DNA from: Candidatus Poribacteria bacterium
GTDB lineage: Bacteria; Poribacteria; WGA-4E; WGA-3G
Reading direction: 5' to 3'
NCBI GenBank assembly: GCA_964291315.2
Contig: OZ219753.1
Coordinates: forward strand, 2,336,001 to 2,400,000
Length of the DNA: 64,000 nucleotides
Every line of letters begins with the position of its first letter. Position 1 is the first letter of the stretch. This document shows positions 57,502 to 64,000 of the stretch, piece by piece. Under the pieces are notes generated by a model. That model saw nothing but the letters and a program-made list of their open reading frames with translations, was not told the DNA's origin and did not search any database. A program made the translations under genes and the position numbers.

Positions 57502-58712
57502 GCAATCTCGCTTATGATCTCTTGGCCGAGAAACTCGAAAAGCAAGGAATTCAGATTGAGGCAGTCAAAGCCCAGCTCAAGCAGCAGCAGATTGAGACTC
57601 CCTCATGGGGCTACGGTAATTCCGGCACCCGGTTCGGTGTGTTTGAACAACCCGGTGCAGCCCGGAACGCCGCTGAACGTTTAGAGGATGCTGCTACCGT
57701 CCACCGCTTCACCGGCATCGCTCCGACCGTTGCCCTCCATATTCCATGGGATAAAACAGACGACTGGGGCGCACTGAAGCAGTACGCCGCCGAAGTCGGG
57801 ATCGCTATCGGGGCGATTAATCCAAACGTCTTCCAAGATCAAGTATATAAACTCGGAAGCGTCTGCAACCCGGACGCAGCTATTCGGGGACTCGCAATCG
57901 ACCACATGCTTGAGTGTGTTGACATCATGCAGAAAACAGGCTCTGATTTGCTGAGTCTGTGGTTCGCAGACGGCACGAACTTCCCAGGCCAATCAAACTT
58001 CAGGCAGCGCAAACGCTGGATGGAGAACGCTTTAACCCAAGTCTACGATGCACTTTCAGACACCCATCGGATGCTCATCGAATATAAATTTTTCGAACCC
58101 GCATTCTACCACACTGATCTTGCCGACTGGGGAACTGCCTACCTCATGGCCACAAAACTCGGTAAGAAAGCACAAGTACTCGTCGACCTGGGACACCATC
58201 CACAAGGAACGAATATTGAATTCATTGTCGCTTATCTGATCGACGAGGGCAAACTAGGTGGATTTCACTTCAATTGCCGGAAATATGCCGACGACGATCT
58301 TACCGTGGGATCCATTAACCCGCAGGAGCTGTTCCTGATTTATACCGAACTTGTTGCCGCAGAACTCGACCCTGAGACGGAGACTGACATTGCCTATATG
58401 ATTGACCAGAGCCACAACCTGAAACCGAAGGTCGAAGCAAGTATCCAATCAGTCTGCAATTTGCAAAAGGCGTACGCCAAAGCGTTACTCGTTGACCGGA
58501 AAGCGCTTGCAGTTGCACAAGATACCGCTGACTTAGTTGAGGCAGAGTCAATCCTCCAACGCGCTTATGAGACAGATGTCGCCCCCCTACTAGAGCAGGT
58601 GCGCTTGGAAATCGGGCGCGACCCACAACCCTTGGCAGCTTACAGGAAAAGCGGTTATTACGAAAAAATTAGGGACGCTCGCATCGGGGGCGAAAGCCAC
58701 GGATGGGCGTAG
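57498..58712 (+). CDS. rhaI: L-rhamnose isomerase (RhaI type)
   Basis: [51 protein letters not shown]. Confidence 0.9.
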   Translation: MSNLAYDLLAEKLEKQGIQIEAVKAQLKQQQIETPSWGYGNSGTRFGVFEQPGAARNAAERLEDAATVHRFTGIAPTVALHIPWDKTDDWGALKQYAAEVGIAIGAINPNVFQDQVYKLGSVCNPDAAIRGLAIDHMLECVDIMQKTGSDLLSLWFADGTNFPGQSNFRQRKRWMENALTQVYDALSDTHRMLIEYKFFEPAFYHTDLADWGTAYLMATKLGKKAQVLVDLGHHPQGTNIEFIVAYLIDEGKLGGFHFNCRKYADDDLTVGSINPQELFLIYTELVAAELDPETETDIAYMIDQSHNLKPKVEASIQSVCNLQKAYAKALLVDRKALAVAQDTADLVEAESILQRAYETDVAPLLEQVRLEIGRDPQPLAAYRKSGYYEKIRDARIGGESHGWA

Positions 58713-58793
58713 ACATTACTCAAAATTAGTGAATAATTTTACCTATAGGCGCGTTTTTCAAGCGCACCTTACTTATGGAAACTTGAAAAAAAT

Positions 58794-59738
58794 ATGACGC
58801 AAATTAAAGTCGGTATTATCGGTTCAGGCGGTATGGCGCGGCACCACCTCACCCGATTTGCTGCGATGGAAACAGCCGAAGTCATCGCAATCGCTTCCAG
58901 AAATAGACAGACGGGAGCTCAACTTGCTACAGAACACAAAACAGCCTTTATGCCGGAATGGTTACCTCTCGTTGAACGTGACAACATAGATGCGATCGTT
59001 ATCTGCACACATAACGACAGCCACGGCGAGATGGCCGTCGCGGCATTGCAAGCCGATAAACACGTCTTCATAGAATATCCGCTCGCCAGTGATGTCAGTC
59101 AAGGAGAATTAGCATTGAGGCTTGCTAGAGAACGCGGGCTTGTTCTGCGGGTCTCCCATCCAGAAGCAGTCTCCAATACCCACAAGGCGCTTAAGCAGAA
59201 AATAGGCGAACTCGGCAATCTGCTACTCACCTCTTTTGTGCGCCTCACGCCCGGGCGCGGGGCCCGTCCCGAAATTCTCTTCAACCTACAAGTGTCTGGA
59301 ACACCCGCACACTTCTTTATCTACCATATCTATCCAATTGTCGATTTATTTGGCGGTGCGGCCTCTGTTAAAAAGAGGGCTGCCTACGAAGGCTTGAGAG
59401 AGAATGGACAGTACGATCGATGTGTTAACACGCTCACCGTCGAGTTCAAACGTGGGGGTATTGGACAGTGGACCTGGGCCGGCGGTGTCGCTATTAACAG
59501 TGCCGAACAGCATGAGCGATACGTCCTCACCGAGGGCACAATCAGCGACGCAGGCGGGGAATGGCGCTGCACAACACCGTCCGGTGTCACACCGATCTCG
59601 ATATCGGATGCCCCACAGCCAACGCTTCAAGAGTTGTGGTTCTCCGAGATTCAGGCGGCTGACCAGCAACCCCCGAATTTAGACGATGCTGCTGTTGCTT
59701 TGGAGGCAATTCGCATCAGTCTCGCGTCCGGAGAATGA
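58794..59738 (+). CDS. Gfo/Idh/MocA family oxidoreductase (EYP variant)
   Basis: GIIGSGGMA, KHVFIEYP. Confidence 0.85.
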   Translation: MTQIKVGIIGSGGMARHHLTRFAAMETAEVIAIASRNRQTGAQLATEHKTAFMPEWLPLVERDNIDAIVICTHNDSHGEMAVAALQADKHVFIEYPLASDVSQGELALRLARERGLVLRVSHPEAVSNTHKALKQKIGELGNLLLTSFVRLTPGRGARPEILFNLQVSGTPAHFFIYHIYPIVDLFGGAASVKKRAAYEGLRENGQYDRCVNTLTVEFKRGGIGQWTWAGGVAINSAEQHERYVLTEGTISDAGGEWRCTTPSGVTPISISDAPQPTLQELWFSEIQAADQQPPNLDDAAVALEAIRISLASGE

Positions 59739-59828
59739 ATTGTCAGATAAGCACCGTTTTCTGTCTACACCATTATACCCAACGAACACCGTTCTACCAC
59801 ATTTTTATTCGTAAGTAAATTCGCGCGA

Positions 59829-60605
59829 TTATACCAACGTCCGTTGAAACCACTCGACCGATTTGGCAATGACGGCTTGCTCCCATGCAACAGCATTGAA
59901 GGTGTGATCTGCTTCATCGATGATTTCGAGTTGTGTGGGGGCATTGCGTTCGTGCATCAATTCATAATACCGTTTCCCGTGGGATACCGGCACCACATCG
60001 TCCCCGCTGCCGTGGATCACAAGAAGCGCACCCGTGAACGCCTGAATGGTAGCAGAGGGCGATAGTTTAGGAAGTTCCTCGTAGAATGCTTTGCCGACGA
60101 TGTTTGGGTTTAAAAGCGCTATCTCCTCCGGCGTGGGAGCGTTTTTGGCCCGCTCCAAAATTTCATTTTTCCGATCTGGCGGATCGTCCGAGAGTGGTGC
60201 CCACATTACTGTTGACTTCACGCGGGCATCTTGCCCGGAAACAAACGCTGCGACGCATCCGCCCATGCTCAATCCTAAAATCCCAATGCGCCCAGCGTCT
60301 ACGCCCGGCATAGCAGTAAGCACATCTATTGCCTTGATAGCATCCGAAACCTCGCCACCGATAGTCATCTCTGAAAAATCGCCTTCACTGTCCCCTGATC
60401 CGCGAAAATCAAACCGAAGCACATAAAAACCGGTAGCGGCAAGCTCCCGTGCTGTCTTAACGAATATCCTGTGCGGCTCAACCTTCGTGCCAGTGAAGCC
60501 GTGGAAAAAAGCGACCGCTGGACACGAACCCTCACAACCCGCTGGTGAATGCAGCATCCCATTTATCTGTTCGTCCCGATTGTAAAAGACTATAGGCCTT
60601 TCCAT
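59829..60605 (-). CDS. Alpha/beta hydrolase
   Basis: HGFTG, FDFRG.G.S.G, GLSMGG, HG..D..VP, ADH.F. Confidence 0.92.
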   Translation of the reverse strand: MERPIVFYNRDEQINGMLHSPAGCEGSCPAVAFFHGFTGTKVEPHRIFVKTARELAATGFYVLRFDFRGSGDSEGDFSEMTIGGEVSDAIKAIDVLTAMPGVDAGRIGILGLSMGGCVAAFVSGQDARVKSTVMWAPLSDDPPDRKNEILERAKNAPTPEEIALLNPNIVGKAFYEELPKLSPSATIQAFTGALLVIHGSGDDVVPVSHGKRYYELMHERNAPTQLEIIDEADHTFNAVAWEQAVIAKSVEWFQRTLV

Positions 60606-60620
60606 TTTATCTCCTTTTAC

Positions 60621-60649
60621 TTGACATTAAAACATATTTGTGATAAACT
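60621..60649 (+). promoter_or_regulatory. sigma70 promoter for comF
   Basis: TTGACA-17-TAAACT with extended -10 TG. Confidence 0.65.
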
Positions 60650-60674
60650 TATTATATAATAACTTTTTATTCTC

Positions 60675-61466
60675 ATGTGGTGGAATCTTGTGGAATCAAG
60701 GTCGATCAAGTCACAAGTGTCTCATGTACTGCAGAACATATTTGGAACCGCGGTAGTTTTCCTCTATCCTACACAATGCCGCGTCTGTTGTCAAAAATTT
60801 CTTGAAGGCATCCCTTCAGCTTATATCTGTGCTGACTGCTGGCGCGATGATATTCAATTCCTCGAACCCCCTTGGTGCGATATATGCGGCACGCCAAATC
60901 CACATATTAAAGGGCTCTGTGATGAATGCGCTATCTCGCCGCCCCGCTACGGAAAATTAAGATCTATTGCATTTTATCAGGACACGGTTCGACGCGCAAT
61001 ACATCTCTTCAAATTTGAGCAGAAAAAGGTATTAGCGCCGCATCTCGTTCGACTGATAAACACGCATCTCCCAACTGATTGTTGTTTCGCAGACTACGAC
61101 TTTATTCTGCCTGTCCCGATTCATAAAAAACGGTTACGGGAACGCGGTTTCAATCAGGCTGAAATCCTTGCAAAAGGCATTTCACAAGCGAAACGTGTCC
61201 CGCTTTGCACAGACACCCTAGTGCGACATCAGCATACGGTTGCACAGAGCAGCCTAGGGTGGGAAGACCGCCAACGCAATATCGCCGGGGTTTTTAGCGT
61301 CTCGGACCCGAAAAAAAAGATACCCAACAAGCGCCTTCTCATCGTCGACGATGTTTTCACAACGGGTGCCACTGTTCATGAGGCGGTTAACGAATTGTGG
61401 AAAGTCAATCCTGCAGAGGTCGATGTACTCACCCTGGCGCGCACTTCAAACACAGCATCGTTGTGA
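60675..61466 (+). CDS. comF: ComF family protein (double zinc ribbon plus PRTase)
   Basis: CxxC pairs, PVP.H..R..ERGFNQ, VDDV.TTGAT. Confidence 0.9.
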   Translation: MWWNLVESRSIKSQVSHVLQNIFGTAVVFLYPTQCRVCCQKFLEGIPSAYICADCWRDDIQFLEPPWCDICGTPNPHIKGLCDECAISPPRYGKLRSIAFYQDTVRRAIHLFKFEQKKVLAPHLVRLINTHLPTDCCFADYDFILPVPIHKKRLRERGFNQAEILAKGISQAKRVPLCTDTLVRHQHTVAQSSLGWEDRQRNIAGVFSVSDPKKKIPNKRLLIVDDVFTTGATVHEAVNELWKVNPAEVDVLTLARTSNTASL

Positions 61467-61829
61467 CATCCGTTGACCGACATTGGAATCGGCATGCGGA
61501 GCTCACCGAAAAATCATGAACCCTTTTTCATCTTTATTACGTTTTAATTATTTATATAAATATGCCCACGCTGCGGCGAGTAAGTCAGTTGCTAGATCCG
61601 TCTTTATTGGGCAACAAATTGGATACCTCTGAAAGAGCTTTGAAAACTACCTTACCGATCTGTTCAGCGAAGACCACATGTTTATGACTTCTCTTCAAAT
61701 GTCACACGATTAGAGTTTAGAGTGCTTCTATAGTGGCGACGTAAAGCCTACTATGGCGCACAACTGCTACGCTTGAACGTGTTAACTGTAGGCACTGACA
61801 TAGTTAAACTGATAGTGGAGGTTACACCT

Positions 61830-64000
61830 TTGCACTTAAATAGCATCAAAATTCGTGGTTTCAAGAGTTTCGCAGAAGAAGTTGAATTAATACTCGAACC
61901 CGGCATTACTGCTATTGTCGGCCCTAACGGTTGCGGGAAAAGCAACGTGTCCGATGCAATTCGCTGGGTACTTGGGGAACAGAGCGCTCGTTCCCTTCGG
62001 TGTGCTTCTATGCGCGACTTACTTTTTAACGGCGGGGCTAATTTCGTACCGGCGCAGGGGACAGAGGTAACGCTCCGCTTCTCAAATGGTTCGAGAAACC
62101 TGGACACCTCGGCCCAGACTGCGCCTGCTAAACTCGCCTTCGGATCGCCAGAGATTGAGGTTTCTCGGCGCCTCACACGCGACGGGGAAAGTCGCTACCT
62201 CATCAATCAAAATCTGTGTCGCCTCCGCGATATCACTGAACTCTTTATGGATACCGGCATCGGAGTCGACGCCTACTCCGTCATGGAGCAGAGCAAAATT
62301 GATATGATTCTCAATGTGCGTCCCGAAGATCGCAGATTTCTATTTGATGAGGTCGCCGGTATTACAAAATATAAACATCGAAAAAAAACTGCTCTCCGGA
62401 AACTTGAGCAGACCGATCAGAACCTCGTCCGCATCAACGATGTAATTCAGGAGTTGCAACGAGAAACTGAATCACTTAAAGAACAAGCGGAACAGGCGCG
62501 GCACTATAACGCCCAACAAGATCAGCTAAAACGGTTTGAATTAGAACTTGCTCATAGAGAATATGACAAACTCCGCACTGATTACTTGCAGCTGCAAAGC
62601 GAGCTGGATGAAATTTTAAATGCCTCCACGGATGCTTCTGAACAACTCAAAGCCGCCGAAGAACGTATCGAGAATGCCACACATCGACAGTCCGAATTAG
62701 ATGCAACCATACGGACAGGACAGACAGCGCTTCGCGAGATCGAAACGAAGATTGAGCAGGTTGAACGTCAGATAGTCCTACATAAGGAAAGACAACTCAA
62801 CATACAGCAGCAACGTCAACGCGCCATTCAAGCGCTTGAAGCTTTAAAGGCGCAACACACGAGTACTCTCGCCCAACAAAAACAGCGCACACAAGAACAT
62901 CAGAAGCTTGAAGCGTCCTTCAAGATAGAAGAGAGTCGCTTGACAGCGCGGCAACAGCTTCTAACACAGCTCACCGAACGTATCGATGTTTCCAAGAAAT
63001 CTGTTCGGGATGCTCAGACCGTTTTAACCCAAACCACAACCGAATTGACAGAACGCGAGCGAAAACGCTTGGCGATCGAGCATGAGTTGACGAGTCGCGA
63101 GGGCAATCTCAATCGTCTCAAAGAAAACAGAGAGACGTTGGCAGCCGAACTTAACACCGCTACTGAGACCCATGCGGCGGTACAGCGGGCTGAAACACAA
63201 TTAAAGGCAGATCTCATTCAGTTTGAAGCCGAAAGGAGTCAGGTAGAGGTTGAACTCGGGAAAAATCAGGACGCACTTCGTAAAATTGAGGCGGAAATCA
63301 GCGGGCTACAGAATACACTCGGTAGGAGTACCTCTCGATTGAGATCTCTACAAGAGTTACAAGCAGCCTATGAAGGATATTACCTCGGGGTTCGGGCGAT
63401 AATGCAAGCGAAAAGCCATTATCCGGCCCAATTCCGAGGCGTGTGTGGTGTTGTTGCTGAACTGCTTTCTATGGATGGCGAGTATGAGGGTGCCATAGAG
63501 GTGGCGCTCGGGAGCACTATCCAGAATGTCGTTACCGAAACCGCGGAGGATGCCGAGAACGGCATCGCTTTCCTTAGAAAGCATCGGGCCGGTCGAGTGA
63601 CATTTCTCCCGCTTGATATTTTACGTAAACGCAGATTTAATGATGATGTGTTGCTAAAGCAGACAGGGGTTATTGGCATCGCCCAAGAATTAGTGAATTA
63701 CGACCGCAAATATGAGATCGCCGTGCAGCATCTGCTCGGAAACACGCTTGTTGTTGAAGATTTGGATGCCGCAATCGCACTCACTCGTCGATTCCATCCA
63801 AACGCAAGGCTTGTAACCTTAGAGGGCGAGCTTATTAATACCTCGGGCGCTATTACCGGGGGCCAGACAAATCAACAGAAAAGTGGTCTACTCAGCCGCG
63901 CCCGTGAACTTGATGACCTTGAAGACAAGATCGGACAATTGACCCAGAGCAACAATCAGAAAGATCAGAAACGTAAAGCCTATGCAGCAACGATAGCGAA
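61830..64000 (+). CDS. smc: Chromosome segregation protein SMC (5' part, runs off the window)
   Basis: Manual translation from TTG 61830 (GGAGG RBS): MHLNSIKIRGFKSF..IVGPNGCGKSNVSDAIRWVLGEQS; coiled coil; hinge GRVTFLPL. Absent from the ORF track. Confidence 0.95.
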   Translation, partial: MHLNSIKIRGFKSFAEEVELILEPGITAIVGPNGCGKSNVSDAIRWVLGEQSARSLRCASMRDLLFNGGANFVPAQGTEVTLRFSNGSRNLDTSAQTAPAKLAFGSPEIEVSRRLTRDGESRYLINQNLCRLRDITELFMDTGIGVDAYSVMEQSKIDMILNVRPEDRRFLFDEVAGITKYKHRKKTALRKLEQTDQNLVRINDVIQELQRETESLKEQAEQARHYNAQQDQLKRFELELAHREYDKLRTDYLQLQSELDEILNASTDASEQLKAAEERIENATHRQSELDATIRTGQTALREIETKIEQVERQIVLHKERQLNIQQQRQRAIQALEALKAQHTSTLAQQKQRTQEHQKLEASFKIEESRLTARQQLLTQLTERIDVSKKSVRDAQTVLTQTTTELTERERKRLAIEHELTSREGNLNRLKENRETLAAELNTATETHAAVQRAETQLKADLIQFEAERSQVEVELGKNQDALRKIEAEISGLQNTLGRSTSRLRSLQELQAAYEGYYLGVRAIMQAKSHYPAQFRGVCGVVAELLSMDGEYEGAIEVALGSTIQNVVTETAEDAENGIAFLRKHRAGRVTFLPLDILRKRRFNDDVLLKQTGVIGIAQELVNYDRKYEIAVQHLLGNTLVVEDLDAAIALTRRFHPNARLVTLEGELINTSGAITGGQTNQQKSGLLSRARELDDLEDKIGQLTQSNNQKDQKRKAYAATIA

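Noticed and set aside
61751-63679. Short ORFs listed at the right end of the window
   Set aside because: The region is occupied by the smc reading frame starting at 61830.
1-64000. tRNA (including selC), rRNA, transposase, integrase or prophage structural genes
   Set aside because: None recognised by eye; a tRNAscan/Rfam run would be needed to exclude divergent RNAs.

Overview
A 64-kb bacterial chromosomal window, most likely from Candidatus Poribacteria or a relative. This is inferred from the Uma2 and PhyH genes, several Gfo/Idh/MocA oxidoreductases, and a lamin-tail surface protein ending in a 'GKLTTRWGELK' motif. Housekeeping content: pheA-queG, rho-rpmE-prfA-prmC-queF, a three-gene succinate dehydrogenase of the mycobacterial Sdh1 type, rhamnose isomerase, comF and the 5' part of smc, plus many envelope lipoproteins and an Omp85-family operon. 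I found no tRNA, rRNA, CRISPR array, transposase or integrase. Highlights: (1) An 81-aa DUF5069-like gene missed by the ORF track (21704-21949) has an in-frame TGA at the position where I recall a conserved Cys. A bacterial SECIS-like hairpin starts exactly 11 nt downstream, so this is a probable selenoprotein. (2) A ~6-kb block (31786-37848) is bounded and subdivided by a ~22-bp direct-repeat motif. It carries three mosaic Uma2 nucleases, each with its own promoter, whose lengths step up by 14 aa, plus a lamin-tail surface protein. It separates two amidohydrolase-fold genes that resemble a dinuclear oxygenase pair. (3) A CX4CH cytochrome c lipoprotein with a His/Asp tail. (4) A sigma54 promoter with a twin enhancer-like repeat. 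(5) Long candidate structured leaders before rho and sdh. All family assignments come from motif recognition, not database searches.
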